A stretch of DNA of 64,000 nt from Candidatus Bilamarchaeaceae archaeon (GCA_038851325.1 JAWCKZ010000003.1:35076-99075); one strand, 5' to 3'. Numbered from the stretch's first letter, positions 48,954 to 59,623 are shown. Notes: a model not told the origin generated them from the sequence alone. Program-made: numbers and translations.

Positions 48954-50345
48954 ATGCTTGGCTGGAAGGTTCTTAAAGATGGGGAATACAAATTGGACCT
49001 CCCGCAGTTGAGTGAAGAAGAGGAAGGAATGGTTGAGGTCGTGGAAGAGCGATTCAAAGAGGCAACCCGTGTGCGCGAACTTAAAACCCCAGAAGAAAGC
49101 AAGGCTTTCATTAAACAACTCCTTCTAAGCGCGGCCGAGGAGAACGGGATATATCTGGAGAGCGACCAGGTTGATTATCTTACTGAGGCTGCATATCTTC
49201 ATATATACGGGTTCGCTTTTCTCGATCGCCTTATTGCTGATCAGAATATAGAGGAAATAAGCGTGATCGGTCTTGGAAAACCTGTTTATGTCTACATAAG
49301 AAATAAGGGCTGGCAAAGCGTTAACGTCTGCTTCACAACTGAAAAGGAGATCGCTGACGTAGTGAATAAAATGGCGCGTGGGCTTGGAAGACATATAACA
49401 ATGCAAAATCCTCGTTTAGACGCAATGCTTCCTGACGGTTCTAGACTTCATGCGTCCCTTCCACCCATATCACACGGTGAGATAACGATAAGAAAATTCC
49501 GCGCGAGGCCGTTCTCTCCGAGGGAACTTTTTGAGCTCGGTTCCACAACAGCAGAAGGGCTCGCATTTCTTTCCATGGTCATGCAAGGCGATAACTCTGT
49601 TCTAGTTGGAGGGAATACAGGTAGTGGGAAGACAACGTTGCTTAATGCACTCTTTAGTTTCGTTCCAGCAAACGAGCGCGTGCTTATCGCAGAGGAAACC
49701 CCAGAAATAAACATTCCGCACGAGCACCAACTTCGTCTTGTTGCAAATAGAGATATGGAGATATCCCTTAAGGACTTGATGTATGATACTCTTCGTATGA
49801 GGCCAGACAGACTCATTGTCGGTGAGGTGCGCAACAAGATAGAATTTGAGGCATTATTCGATGTTCTTCTTGCCGGCCAGGCAAGAGGGAGCTATGCAAC
49901 CCTTCATGCTCAAGGCGCGGTGGAGGCTGCGCAGCGAATGAAGGCATTTGGAATAAGTGAGATGGATCTAGAAAGTGTTGATTGTATCGTCATCCAAAGA
50001 AGGATGCTCATATACGACCCAAAGAAAAGGAGGAATAGAGAGGTTAGATTGATGACAGAGATAGCAGAAATAGACAATGGGCCAAAGACCATCTTCTCAT
50101 TGGACAGAAAAAGCAACAGGCTTAAGTTTAAGACCGGGGGGCGGCTCCTTGAAAGAATAGCGGATACCCTTAAACTGAGTATGAGAGAAGTGCGTGAGGA
50201 GATGAACATAAGGACAAAACTTATATCAAAGGCAGGCCCGGAGTTTTATCCATTCTTCAAGGAATTTCAGGAAAAAATGTATGGAATAGAATTCAAGGAT
50301 GAGAAAGATAAAAAAGAAAGAGAAGCCGTAAGGGAGAAAACGTGA
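48954..50345 (+). CDS. Type II/IV secretion (CpaF/VirB11/TadA-like) ATPase
   Basis: LPDGSR, GNTGSGKTT, EETPEI, RMRPDRLIVGEVR. Confidence 0.93.
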   Translation: MLGWKVLKDGEYKLDLPQLSEEEEGMVEVVEERFKEATRVRELKTPEESKAFIKQLLLSAAEENGIYLESDQVDYLTEAAYLHIYGFAFLDRLIADQNIEEISVIGLGKPVYVYIRNKGWQSVNVCFTTEKEIADVVNKMARGLGRHITMQNPRLDAMLPDGSRLHASLPPISHGEITIRKFRARPFSPRELFELGSTTAEGLAFLSMVMQGDNSVLVGGNTGSGKTTLLNALFSFVPANERVLIAEETPEINIPHEHQLRLVANRDMEISLKDLMYDTLRMRPDRLIVGEVRNKIEFEALFDVLLAGQARGSYATLHAQGAVEAAQRMKAFGISEMDLESVDCIVIQRRMLIYDPKKRRNREVRLMTEIAEIDNGPKTIFSLDRKSNRLKFKTGGRLLERIADTLKLSMREVREEMNIRTKLISKAGPEFYPFFKEFQEKMYGIEFKDEKDKKEREAVREKT

Positions 50346-50361
50346 GTTAGAAGGTGAACTT

Positions 50362-51963
50362 TTGATACTTAAAACACTTGTTGATAATCTTGAATCTTTT
50401 CCTGAGGTCGAGATTAAGAGCAGAGCATTGGTTGCACTCAAGAAGCTCTACCCAGAGGTAAACGAAAATAAATACATGGGCGCTTGCATAATTCTTGCAT
50501 TTGCTTTTGCATTTTTTGTTTTGGTGCTATCTGTGCTCATGGGGCTGGAGTTTGAGCCGGCTATCTTGGCTGCATTTAGTGCGTTGTTGCTGGTGTACGC
50601 TTTTTTTCTAGCTCTCCCTGCGTTTGAACTGAATAAGAAAACAAAGATAATAGAGGCAGAGATGCCATTCACGCTAAGAACGATCGGGATGCTCAGGAAC
50701 ATGAACATTACCTTCATTAAATGTCTGAGCATGGCCGCTGAAGAGGAAAGTGAGATTTCGAGAGAGCTGAAAGGAATAGTAAACGATGTTGGGAGTGGGA
50801 TAACGTTGGAGCGCTCTTTCTCAAAATTTGCCGCGCTGTTTTCCTCCTATCCAATAAAAAGAGCAATAACACAGATAATATCTGCCTATGAACTCGGAAG
50901 TTCTGGTACAGAGATGAGGAGAATAGGGGATGAACTTCTTGCAGTTCAACAGCATCAGATGAGAGAATATGCTTCGAAAAGTGCAATATTTGGGATGCTG
51001 TTCATAATGACATCCGCAATATTACCAGTATTCTTTCTTGTCTATGTTCTTATAGGAAATTTTGGGGTCGGCGGTGGGCTTGAAAAGGGCGCCATTGCTT
51101 TAATTCTTCTTTTGATTTTTCCCGCAATAAGTGTTCTTTTACTCATTGTTAGTAAAGCTTCTGTACCATATTCCCCGCTCATACCAAAGTCAAACATCCT
51201 TGATGCGAATATACTTATCCCGGCGATTGTTTTTCTTGCTTCCTTCCTTGTCGAAGACGAACTTCTGCGCTTGGGCGGTTTGATCATCGGTGGTGCAGCA
51301 ATGCTCTATTTTGTCTACACAAATTATCAGAAGGAGAAGAGAAATGAGGAGATAGAGCATTATCTTCCAGATGCGCTGTTTTCTGTTTCTGCGCTTCCAA
51401 AATCAACAAAGGTTGAAAAGATATTCGAGACAATCGAGAGGGGTGGATACGGAGCTCTTTCAGATGAAGCGTCGAAGGCAAAGCGTCAACTTAGTATGAA
51501 TATAAAGGTTGACAGCGTGTTGGACGATCTATGGAGAAGAAACGAATCACCTGCTCTGAAAAAGGTCTGTATAATGATGAAGCATGCTCACAATACAAAT
51601 TCTTTGGATCAATTGCACTTTATTGCAGAGGATCTTCTCAAAAATTTTGAGATAAAAAGGGAGAGAGCAAACCTTATGTCCATGCAGAAATATACGGTTC
51701 TCTTTGGTGGTTTTATAATACCGTTTATACTAAAAATCGCAATATCACTCATAACGAGCCTTATTGATTTCATGGCAAACTCACCAGTTGCCAGTGAGAT
51801 GATTCAATATGTCGTTTCGTTGATACCAGCATACCTTGTTATGTACGCTCTCATATCCTCGTTTTACGTCGCCGACATAGAAGGAAGAAAATCGCGCGCT
51901 GCCATATATTTCTTACTCCTTGCTATTGTTAGCATCACAATATTCAACGCTGTATCGTTTTAG
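50362..51963 (+). CDS. Type II secretion F / TadC-like membrane platform protein
   Basis: Two T2SSF repeats (IEAEMPFTLR; IEHYLPDAL...YGALSDE); follows the ATPase. Confidence 0.88.
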   Translation: MILKTLVDNLESFPEVEIKSRALVALKKLYPEVNENKYMGACIILAFAFAFFVLVLSVLMGLEFEPAILAAFSALLLVYAFFLALPAFELNKKTKIIEAEMPFTLRTIGMLRNMNITFIKCLSMAAEEESEISRELKGIVNDVGSGITLERSFSKFAALFSSYPIKRAITQIISAYELGSSGTEMRRIGDELLAVQQHQMREYASKSAIFGMLFIMTSAILPVFFLVYVLIGNFGVGGGLEKGAIALILLLIFPAISVLLLIVSKASVPYSPLIPKSNILDANILIPAIVFLASFLVEDELLRLGGLIIGGAAMLYFVYTNYQKEKRNEEIEHYLPDALFSVSALPKSTKVEKIFETIERGGYGALSDEASKAKRQLSMNIKVDSVLDDLWRRNESPALKKVCIMMKHAHNTNSLDQLHFIAEDLLKNFEIKRERANLMSMQKYTVLFGGFIIPFILKIAISLITSLIDFMANSPVASEMIQYVVSLIPAYLVMYALISSFYVADIEGRKSRAAIYFLLLAIVSITIFNAVSF

Positions 51964-51980
51964 GCCGGTGAAGCAGGCAT

Positions 51981-52472
51981 ATGGATCCGATAACAGAATT
52001 TGTTTTTAACATGAGAAACGAATTTCTTATCAGCGCGAGCCGTCTCATAGATAACGAATTTCTTTTTGTTTTGTTGGTTGCCATTGCGCTTTTGCTTGGA
52101 GAGAAACGAAACAGCAAAAGGCTTAAAGTGTTTCTGGCAATTGCTGTTGCACTGGCATCTGGATTTGCAATAAAAAACGTATATGCTATTGAGAGACCAT
52201 GCGTGGGATTATCCTTGGACTATTGCCCATCAAGCTATTCTTTTCCAAGTCTACATGCTATTGTAGTCTTTACGCTAATGATAGGGTTTCTTAACAAGCC
52301 CTCATTTATTCTGTATTTTGTATTCGCATTGCTTATTTCGTTTTCACGTTTGCTTCTCGGCGTTCATGCGTTTAGGGACATTGCCGCAGCACTTCCTGTT
52401 GCCATAATTGTGTACTATGTTGTAGATGTTATATGGGTGAATTACTGTGAAAAGATTTGGAAAGGAAATTAA
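51981..52472 (+). CDS. PAP2 family phosphatase
   Basis: K..ERP, SFPSLH, SRLLLGVH..D. Confidence 0.9.
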   Translation: MDPITEFVFNMRNEFLISASRLIDNEFLFVLLVAIALLLGEKRNSKRLKVFLAIAVALASGFAIKNVYAIERPCVGLSLDYCPSSYSFPSLHAIVVFTLMIGFLNKPSFILYFVFALLISFSRLLLGVHAFRDIAAALPVAIIVYYVVDVIWVNYCEKIWKGN

Positions 52473-53013
52473 CCGACAGCTTTTTCATATCTTTGTAGGT
52501 GTATGCGCACTTGTAATACTTTATGCGTTTGGTCGCGGCTTTTTTGTGGGTTCTGCTTTTGTTATTCTGTTAGCAGGGTTAATACTGATAAATCAAGCCT
52601 ATCTTGGAAAGAAAATAGGTGTTGTTGAATGGTTTATAAAAAATTTTGAAAGGGACCAAACCATATTTCCCGGCTGGGGCTCTGCATGTTACGCAACTGG
52701 CGCTCTTCTTCTCGGCGCTTTTCTTCACGATCAGGTAGAAATCGCAGCATCTATGATTATTCTTGCGCTGGGTGATGGTTTATCAACTATCTTTGGTCTC
52801 TTGGGGCGAATACCACTTCCGTACAACAAGAAAAAAACATTAGAAGGGACGGTTGCACTCTTCTTCTCTTCTCTTTTGGGATATATATTCATAGGTCCGC
52901 TGATTATTCCAGCAGCGCTCATCGCTGCATTGGTAGAGAGCCTTCCATTACCTTTTGATGACAACATTACGATTCCAGTTGCACTCATAATCTTCTTTCT
53001 TCTGGTGAAATGA
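52447..53013 (+). CDS. Dolichol/phytol kinase-like (SEC59/CTP_transf_1) membrane protein
   Basis: RQLFH, LGDGLSTIFG, KKTLEGT, DDNITIP. Confidence 0.85.
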   Translation: MKRFGKEINRQLFHIFVGVCALVILYAFGRGFFVGSAFVILLAGLILINQAYLGKKIGVVEWFIKNFERDQTIFPGWGSACYATGALLLGAFLHDQVEIAASMIILALGDGLSTIFGLLGRIPLPYNKKKTLEGTVALFFSSLLGYIFIGPLIIPAALIAALVESLPLPFDDNITIPVALIIFFLLVK

Positions 53014-53780
53014 TGCCGATTATCCTTTTTACATCAAACAACCTTGCAAGTCGAAATATTGCTTCTGTACTCATAGAAAAGTACGATTTCGCACAGGTTG
53101 ACGCACATAGATGGGAGCGGAGCGGTGCACATCTTATCGATACAAATGCATCCAACATTCTCGAAATACCAACCAGCTTTGATACTGATTATATTATTGT
53201 CCTCAGTTCGCATAAGAGTAGAAGCGGCGAACGTATGATAACTGCGCACTTTCCTGGAAATTGGAAAGAAGCAGAGATGGGCGGTAGCCCGCGAACGCTT
53301 AACATAGCCTACGGAAGCAAATTGAGGGAATTTGTCAAAATAACGAGCGGTCGAGGATGGGATGTTGTCATCGAGGCAGACCATCATGGCCCAACCCCAG
53401 GCAACAAAGCAATAATATTCGTTGAGATAGGTAGCACGGAAAGCGAGTGGATTAGGGAGGACGCAGCTGAGATAGTAGCTTGCGGAGTTGACGCAATGGT
53501 GAGACGCCGCGAGCGCTATGAAAGTGTTTTCGGGGTCGGCGGCGGGCACTATGCAAAAGAGTTTACCAAACTCGTACTGAGCACCGAGTACGCCGTGGGG
53601 CACATTGCACCAAAATATGTACTAAACGATCTAGATTTTGAACTGTTTAAACAAGCAATAGAAAAAAATGTGGAACCAATAGAAAAAGTTTTCGTGCTTG
53701 CAGAGAGTACAAACAGAACGCAAAAGGAAAAGATACTGGAATTTGCAAGCAAACTGGGCGTGGACTATACAGAGATTTAA
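53010..53780 (+). CDS. dtdA: Archaeal D-aminoacyl-tRNA deacylase (DTD2)
   Basis: SSHKS, TAHFPGNW, EADHHGPT, FVEIGS, GGGHYA. Confidence 0.92.
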   Translation: MMPIILFTSNNLASRNIASVLIEKYDFAQVDAHRWERSGAHLIDTNASNILEIPTSFDTDYIIVLSSHKSRSGERMITAHFPGNWKEAEMGGSPRTLNIAYGSKLREFVKITSGRGWDVVIEADHHGPTPGNKAIIFVEIGSTESEWIREDAAEIVACGVDAMVRRRERYESVFGVGGGHYAKEFTKLVLSTEYAVGHIAPKYVLNDLDFELFKQAIEKNVEPIEKVFVLAESTNRTQKEKILEFASKLGVDYTEI

Positions 53781-53800
53781 ATTATGCCGACTGGGTCCTG

Positions 53801-54409
53801 CTAAATTTCGAGTTTTGATAGGTCTATCTCACCTACCCCTTTTCTTATTATCTTCATGTTAACAAGGTCAACTACATCTGATGGTCCATAATATCGTGTG
53901 GGGCCGCCATCTATAGCCAGGTCAACCGCCTCAAGGATTTCTTTATTTATCTCATTAAATGCTCTTGGTGGGATTTCCCCAGACCTATTAGCGCTTGTTG
54001 ATATTATGGGCTTTCCAACAACTTCACTGAGCCGATTGCAAAAATCAAGGTTCGGTATTCTGACTCCAAGTGTAAGATCTTGAGATACAGCAATAGGTCT
54101 ATGGATCTTAAGTACAAAGGTATACGGCCCTGGGAGATATTTTTTAAGTATGATCTCTTGGAAAATATCAACGATGCAATATTCCTCTATCATATCTATA
54201 TCTGACATTATTACCGAGAAGGCGTGCCCCTTCTCTCTCCCTTTTATCTCCATCACTTTTTCAACAACCACGGGGTCTGTAGCATCCCCACCAATTCCAT
54301 AAACAGTGTCTGTTGGATATATTATTACGCCTCTATTGTTTATTACCTTCTTTGCCTCCTCAAGAACAGTGCTTATATTCCCCTTTTCAAGTTTTATTAT
54401 TTTAACCAT
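53801..54409 (-). CDS. Threonylcarbamoyl-AMP synthase (Sua5/YrdC)
   Basis: YPTDTVYGIG, KGR, LPGPYT, STSANRSG. Confidence 0.94.
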   Translation of the reverse strand: MVKIIKLEKGNISTVLEEAKKVINNRGVIIYPTDTVYGIGGDATDPVVVEKVMEIKGREKGHAFSVIMSDIDMIEEYCIVDIFQEIILKKYLPGPYTFVLKIHRPIAVSQDLTLGVRIPNLDFCNRLSEVVGKPIISTSANRSGEIPPRAFNEINKEILEAVDLAIDGGPTRYYGPSDVVDLVNMKIIRKGVGEIDLSKLEI

Positions 54410-54410
54410 C

Positions 54411-55919
54411 TTACTCCCCTAAAGCCTTTTTCACTTTCTTGACTCCAATCGCATATATCAGCTTACCAAGCCTTGGGCCCATTTCTTTTTCTATAAGCCA
54501 GAGATAAACTTGTCTGAAGAGTTCCTTTGGCTCAATTCCTATATCTTTTGCTACCTCGTATGTAAGATTATGGATGTCGTCCGGTTTCATCCACTCTTCA
54601 AGCCTGCTGACATAATTTTTAACTATGAGATTATCTGTTCCTTTAAGTTTAATCTCAAACATGTATTTATCCGGCACTAGCCCGTTCCTTATCCATGTTT
54701 CAATGTATGGTTTCAGAATGCTTACCCCGCTTTCGTCCTCTGTAAGTTTACCGACCTTCGCCCAATCTTTGTAGATGTTATAATAAAGCACCATGTCTCC
54801 TGCATCAGCTTTCCAAATTCTTTCCACACCGCAGAGTTCAAGTGCTATCGCTTTTTTTCTGTCAGATCTGCTTACTGTCTTATCGTTCTTATCGATCTGC
54901 GATGCTCTTCTAAAATCGTCTAACAAGGGAAAGAGCGTATCCTTATCTATCGCCAACTCCTTATCTTCATCTATATCTGGTTTGAATAGGATGTACTTTA
55001 TGAGTTCCGGGGGCGCAAGGGTAAGAAGTTCGTGCACAGTGTGACCTATTCCCTTGCTTTTGCTGTATTTTTTTCCATGATATTTTAAAAGCCCAAACTT
55101 ATACATAAATGGCGGTTCTTCCTTGTATATTAGTTTATGGATAGCAACAAGGGTTGCTATAGTCCCACCAGGGCTGTGGTGGTCTACGCTTCCTCCCTCA
55201 ACAGTGACACCAAGGAACTTCTGTCTCGTAGGCCAATCGAGCCTGAAGAGGAGTTTATATCTATGATTTCTTATTTCGTCTTCATCTGTGTGCCCGCACT
55301 TTTTGCATTTGTAACGATACCACCCGTCTCTGTATTCCAGTACCACGTTCTTGTCAACATTCATGCATTTGCTGCATATGGGTAGAATGGGAAACCAGTC
55401 AGCCGGCATGCTCTCGCGCGCAGAGCTTTCCTTGACTATCTCTTTCACCTCGTCTGCGCGCTCGCACAATATTGCAGCATAATCATCGTACCTGCCCTCT
55501 CTGTATAATTCACTTGCACGGAGAAATTTTGGCCTTACACCGAACACAGCCATAATCTCTTGTGTTTCAGCTATGAAATGCTCTGCAAAGCTTTCATGGC
55601 AGCCCTTTGGGTCGCGCGCGTATGTAAGAGGGACCCCCATATCTTCTCTCAAAATCGCATCATACTCTTTGAGCGGTTCTGGTACAGAATCAAGTGCATC
55701 CATGTTATCAGATATGAAGATATATTGCGTTTTGCCGTATTTCTTAAGTTGCTCGCTCACAGCATGCGCATAGAGAAATTCACAGAGTGTTCCAGGATGC
55801 ACAGGCCCGCTTGGTGTAATACCAGCCGCAACTATAAACGGTGGTTTTCTTTTCTCGCTTATTTTTTTTGCTATTATCTCCGACCAGTGCATGCGTTTTA
55901 TATCTTCTTCATCAGCCAT
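54411..55919 (-). CDS. lysS: Lysyl-tRNA synthetase, class I
   Basis: GITPSGPVHPG (HIGH-like), KYSKSKG (KMSKS-like), Zn motifs, GPRLG; start MADEED at 55919. Confidence 0.95.
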   Translation of the reverse strand: MADEEDIKRMHWSEIIAKKISEKRKPPFIVAAGITPSGPVHPGTLCEFLYAHAVSEQLKKYGKTQYIFISDNMDALDSVPEPLKEYDAILREDMGVPLTYARDPKGCHESFAEHFIAETQEIMAVFGVRPKFLRASELYREGRYDDYAAILCERADEVKEIVKESSARESMPADWFPILPICSKCMNVDKNVVLEYRDGWYRYKCKKCGHTDEDEIRNHRYKLLFRLDWPTRQKFLGVTVEGGSVDHHSPGGTIATLVAIHKLIYKEEPPFMYKFGLLKYHGKKYSKSKGIGHTVHELLTLAPPELIKYILFKPDIDEDKELAIDKDTLFPLLDDFRRASQIDKNDKTVSRSDRKKAIALELCGVERIWKADAGDMVLYYNIYKDWAKVGKLTEDESGVSILKPYIETWIRNGLVPDKYMFEIKLKGTDNLIVKNYVSRLEEWMKPDDIHNLTYEVAKDIGIEPKELFRQVYLWLIEKEMGPRLGKLIYAIGVKKVKKALGE

Positions 55920-56043
55920 ACAGAAGTTTATGATTGTAGATTTAAAATTGCTTCTACCCCAAATATGAGCCCATCCAAAGGTGTCTCTTCGCTTTGCCAC
56001 TGCATTTAAAATTATTTTGGTGATATCCAATAAGGTGATCTCT

Positions 56044-56388
56044 ATGGTTGAAGAGAAAAAAGGAGGAATAGACGATAACACGCTCGCCTTTGCTGCATAT
56101 GTTTTGACATGGCTTTCTGGTCTTGTGGTATTCCTAATCGCAAAAGATAAAGCGAAAAATCAAAAGTTTGTGCGCTTTCATGCGGTGCAAGCAATACTTC
56201 TTGGAGCCGCTGTCTTTGTGGCTGCCTTGGTACTTGGCTTTATACCGATCTTAGGCTGGGTGATGATCCCATTTGTTGCACTCGGAGTATGGCTATACGC
56301 GCTTTACATAGGCTTTACTTATGCCTACAAGGGGCAGATTTACAAAGTGCCATATTTAGGTGAATATGCTGAGAAGTATTCTGAGTAG
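56044..56388 (+). CDS. DUF4870 family membrane protein
   Basis: FVRFHAVQA, YKVPYLG. Confidence 0.85.
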   Translation: MVEEKKGGIDDNTLAFAAYVLTWLSGLVVFLIAKDKAKNQKFVRFHAVQAILLGAAVFVAALVLGFIPILGWVMIPFVALGVWLYALYIGFTYAYKGQIYKVPYLGEYAEKYSE

Positions 56389-56911
56389 TAAGAGAGTGTT
56401 ATATCTCCCAGATTATCTTAGAAAGCAGCTTAAGAAGCCATTAGGAAGGCTGCAGAGACTGTCACCCCGTATTGCTGCTGCAGGTAGGAAGATAGTGTGC
56501 ATAGGTGACCAAACAACCCTTAATCTTTTAGATTTAGGCGTAAGGCCACATCTTGCCGTATGCGATTTTAGAATAAAACGAAAGACTATTAGAAAGAAAG
56601 AGAGAGATAGAATAATTAGGGCATTTAAACTCGTTGGGAGATACAGCAATCCTCCTGGTACCCTTTCGAAATCCCTGCTTAAGGATGCGAAGATCCTCCT
56701 CAGAAAAGGCGGCTTGTTGCGCATTCAAGGCGAAGAGGACCTAACAGCACTTGCTTTCATAACAGCAGGAAGCAAACAGTATCTTGTTTTATATGGTCAG
56801 CCTGATAAAGGAGTCGTTGTGATAAAGCCTGAAAACAAAAAGATTAGGAAAAAAATAGAAAGGATATTAACTAGCGCTTTTTGTCATAAAATACAGAGAA
56901 GCTGCAGATGA
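56360..56911 (+). CDS. DUF359 / GTP-dependent dephospho-CoA kinase
   Basis: LKKPLG, IGD, NPPGT, GEEDL, YGQP; start codon uncertain. Confidence 0.88.
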   Translation: MNMLRSILSSKRVLYLPDYLRKQLKKPLGRLQRLSPRIAAAGRKIVCIGDQTTLNLLDLGVRPHLAVCDFRIKRKTIRKKERDRIIRAFKLVGRYSNPPGTLSKSLLKDAKILLRKGGLLRIQGEEDLTALAFITAGSKQYLVLYGQPDKGVVVIKPENKKIRKKIERILTSAFCHKIQRSCR

Positions 56912-57055
56912 TACGGTCACTATCAAGCCAACGAGAATCCACATCTCATCAGAGAGCATCAGGAGATTTCCGCTTGTTATTCTTGCTATATAAGTTACTC
57001 CGACCCCTATTATTATCCCTCCTATTATGGCAAATGCCTTTTTTAGATCCCCCAC
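56867..57055 (-). CDS. Small two-TM membrane protein
   Basis: 62 aa, GTG start after an AGGTGA RBS; overlaps the convergent DUF359 3' end. Confidence 0.55.
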   Translation of the reverse strand: MGDLKKAFAIIGGIIIGVGVTYIARITSGNLLMLSDEMWILVGLIVTVSSAASLYFMTKSAS

Positions 57056-57098
57056 GAGCTCACCTTATTTATGTGCACAGTTTACGGTGTGCTTCGGT

Positions 57099-57344
57099 TT
57101 ACGGTGTGCTTGGAGCTTTTGTTATAACTATTACGTCCTCAACAGATTTTACGCTTTTGTACATTATGCTTTTTTCTCGAAGGGATTTTTTGACTTCCTC
57201 TTTTCCGCTTGGGAGGCTTTCAGTAAGTATCCTTAGGATTTCACCAGATTCAAAATCAAGTATGAAATCCTGAGCATTTCCAATATACTTACCCGTGTCG
57301 GTAAAGATCTCCATACCGTAGAGTTTTGACAGCCTAGTCGCCAT
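57099..57344 (-). CDS. PRC-barrel domain protein
   Basis: LSKLYGMEIFTDTGKYIG..DFILD, VKSVEDVIV; GGTGA RBS before ATG 57344. Confidence 0.88.
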   Translation of the reverse strand: MATRLSKLYGMEIFTDTGKYIGNAQDFILDFESGEILRILTESLPSGKEEVKKSLREKSIMYKSVKSVEDVIVITKAPSTP

Positions 57345-57406
57345 AACATCACCTTCGCTTTCTATTATCATGTTGCAATTATAAACTTTTCGGCAGTAGG
57401 AAAAAC

Positions 57407-57796
57407 ATGCCACCACGGCATGTTGTAATAGACACAAACTTCTTTCTCATACCATATCAGTTTAAGATAGATATATTCAGCGAACTGGAGGGACTTGTCG
57501 AAATACACCATATTTACGTCATTACTTCAAAAACAATAAAGGAGCTTGAGAAACTTGCTCAAAATCAGGGTAAAACAGGAGCTGCAGCACGTCTTGCGCT
57601 TAAGATTATCCAGGTTAATAAAGAGCGACTTGAAATTGTGCAGTCGAATTCGCCTGTGGACAGGTGGATAGAAAAGTACGCGTACGAAAAGGGCGCCATC
57701 GTGTGTACAAATGACAAACAATTAAAAAGCAAACTAAGAGAAAATGGTATTAAGGTTATTTCCCTTAAAGGGAAAAAACAGTTGGGGTATGCTTAA
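57407..57796 (+). CDS. PIN domain protein (Fcf1/Utp24-like)
   Basis: VVIDTNF, ELEKL, VCTND. Confidence 0.88.
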   Translation: MPPRHVVIDTNFFLIPYQFKIDIFSELEGLVEIHHIYVITSKTIKELEKLAQNQGKTGAAARLALKIIQVNKERLEIVQSNSPVDRWIEKYAYEKGAIVCTNDKQLKSKLRENGIKVISLKGKKQLGYA

Positions 57797-58108
57797 ATGC
57801 TTGCAGATATCATTTTTGGTGTTATAATCATAACGGCTTTGGCAGCGGTTGTTATTCTTTTGTTCTTTATGAGAAAACCTTACACATGGAAGAGGGAAAT
57901 CAAGGGAGAGAAGACTGTTTTTAGATTTGAGGCACGGAGGGATATCAAAGGCGTAATGCTCGTTGGCAAATTCGGTAAAGAGAATATACGGTTTGAAAGG
58001 AAGAATATTAAAAGAGGGGAAGCAATAGAGTTTGCCTATCCTGCGTCGACAGAGCCGGCTACCCTGATAGTCGAGACCGAGGACGGGAAAAAGGAGTATG
58101 AGGTTTAG
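57797..58108 (+). CDS. Small membrane-anchored hypothetical protein
   Basis: N-terminal TM followed by a beta-rich domain; translationally coupled on both sides. Confidence 0.65.
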   Translation: MLADIIFGVIIITALAAVVILLFFMRKPYTWKREIKGEKTVFRFEARRDIKGVMLVGKFGKENIRFERKNIKRGEAIEFAYPASTEPATLIVETEDGKKEYEV

Positions 58109-59048
58109 AAATCTCCTCCTCTATCACGGCGAGGGATTTAACCCAAATTTTTATTACCTCTCTGGGCTTACATTTCAGAATGCATTCCTCATCATAAAAA
58201 ATGGTAAAAAGACAATAATAACGAATTTGCTGAACAGAGGCCTTGGCCGCGGCTTTCAGGGAAAATTTTTGTTATCAACAGATCTCTTGAGGGATGTTAA
58301 AAGGTTGGTCAGGGGTCGCACCGTAGAGATTGATGGAAGGATGCCGGTCCGTCTCTATCTTAAGCTTAACATTAAGGCAGAAGACTGTACAGAGAAACTT
58401 TACAGGATGCGCGCGCAGAAGCGACTGGATGAGGTAGCGAAAATAAAAATTGCAGCAAGACTAACGCGTTCTATCGTAGATGGAGTAAGCATTAGAGAAG
58501 GAAGAACGGAGAAGGAAATCGCAGATGAACTTCTTTCTGAGACTTACGCACAAGGTGTTGAACCTGCTTTTAACCCGATAGTTGCTACCGGTGGGAGCGC
58601 TGTTAGCCCACATGCTATACCAGGAAATAAAAAGATAGCAGACTATGTCCTGATAGACTACGGTGTTCGGTATAAGCACTATTGCGCAGATATTACAAGA
58701 TGTTTTTTCTTCAAAACAAAAAAAGGAAAGAGAGTAGAAGAAATCTATGATAAGATAAGAGATGTAGCGTGCAGGATAGTGGACGAGTGCGCAGGGGCGA
58801 AAAACTCGGGCGAGATTACGATGTTTTACGAACAATTAAATAAAAAATACGGATTGCCAAAACCGCTACATTCGGTTGGTCATGGAATCGGGCTGGAGGT
58901 CCACGAATACCCTCGTTTTGGAAAGAAGTACAACGATCCTATAAAAAAGACAACCTTCACGATTGAACCAGCTGCGTACTTCGGTAATTTTGGAGTGCGA
59001 TATGAGGAGACAATTTTTCATAATGGAAAACGGTTGGTGGTGCTTTGA
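58098..59048 (+). CDS. Xaa-Pro aminopeptidase (M24 family)
   Basis: DYG..YCADITR, GHGIGLEVHE, TIEP, GVRYEE. Confidence 0.92.
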   Translation: MRFRNLLLYHGEGFNPNFYYLSGLTFQNAFLIIKNGKKTIITNLLNRGLGRGFQGKFLLSTDLLRDVKRLVRGRTVEIDGRMPVRLYLKLNIKAEDCTEKLYRMRAQKRLDEVAKIKIAARLTRSIVDGVSIREGRTEKEIADELLSETYAQGVEPAFNPIVATGGSAVSPHAIPGNKKIADYVLIDYGVRYKHYCADITRCFFFKTKKGKRVEEIYDKIRDVACRIVDECAGAKNSGEITMFYEQLNKKYGLPKPLHSVGHGIGLEVHEYPRFGKKYNDPIKKTTFTIEPAAYFGNFGVRYEETIFHNGKRLVVL

Positions 59049-59623
59049 GATTTGATAGCAAATCGCTCTATTTCATTTATACGGCACTCCTACTTATTCT
59101 TGAGACATTGGTAATAATCACACCGCTCATCGCATTTTCAGACAAACAAACAGGCGAAGCTTTGTATTCTGCTTTTGCCCAAACGTGTCACCAAAAACTC
59201 TCTCGCTCTTTTTGCCTGTTCAAAACTGATGGAGGCTACCTTATTGACGATTGCACACCACAAACCGGTGTCTTTGTACCAAATGATAACACCTTACTTT
59301 TAGTAGAGCGGAATGGTTTGGTTGGTTATAAATTTCCTGTGTGCGCGCGCTGCCTTGCTCTCTACACCTTTGCTTTGATTGGCGCGCTTGCCTATCCACT
59401 TTTAAGAAGAATTGAGGAGAAAAGGCTGCCTCCTGCGATATATTTTGTCATCGCTATTCTACCACTCGCAATTGATGGCACTCTTCAGTTTGTTTCGACC
59501 ACAGGTTTTATTCAGCATTATGAGAGCACAAACGCCATAAGGCTTCTAACTGGCGGACTTGCCGGCTTTGCGCTCTCCTTTTATGTAATACCAATAATAA
59601 TGGCCCTTTTTGGTGAGGATTAA
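59045..59623 (+). CDS. DUF2085 family membrane protein
   Basis: CHQ..RSF, PVCARC, PLAIDG..Q, STNAIRLLTG. Confidence 0.88.
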   Translation: MRFDSKSLYFIYTALLLILETLVIITPLIAFSDKQTGEALYSAFAQTCHQKLSRSFCLFKTDGGYLIDDCTPQTGVFVPNDNTLLLVERNGLVGYKFPVCARCLALYTFALIGALAYPLLRRIEEKRLPPAIYFVIAILPLAIDGTLQFVSTTGFIQHYESTNAIRLLTGGLAGFALSFYVIPIIMALFGED

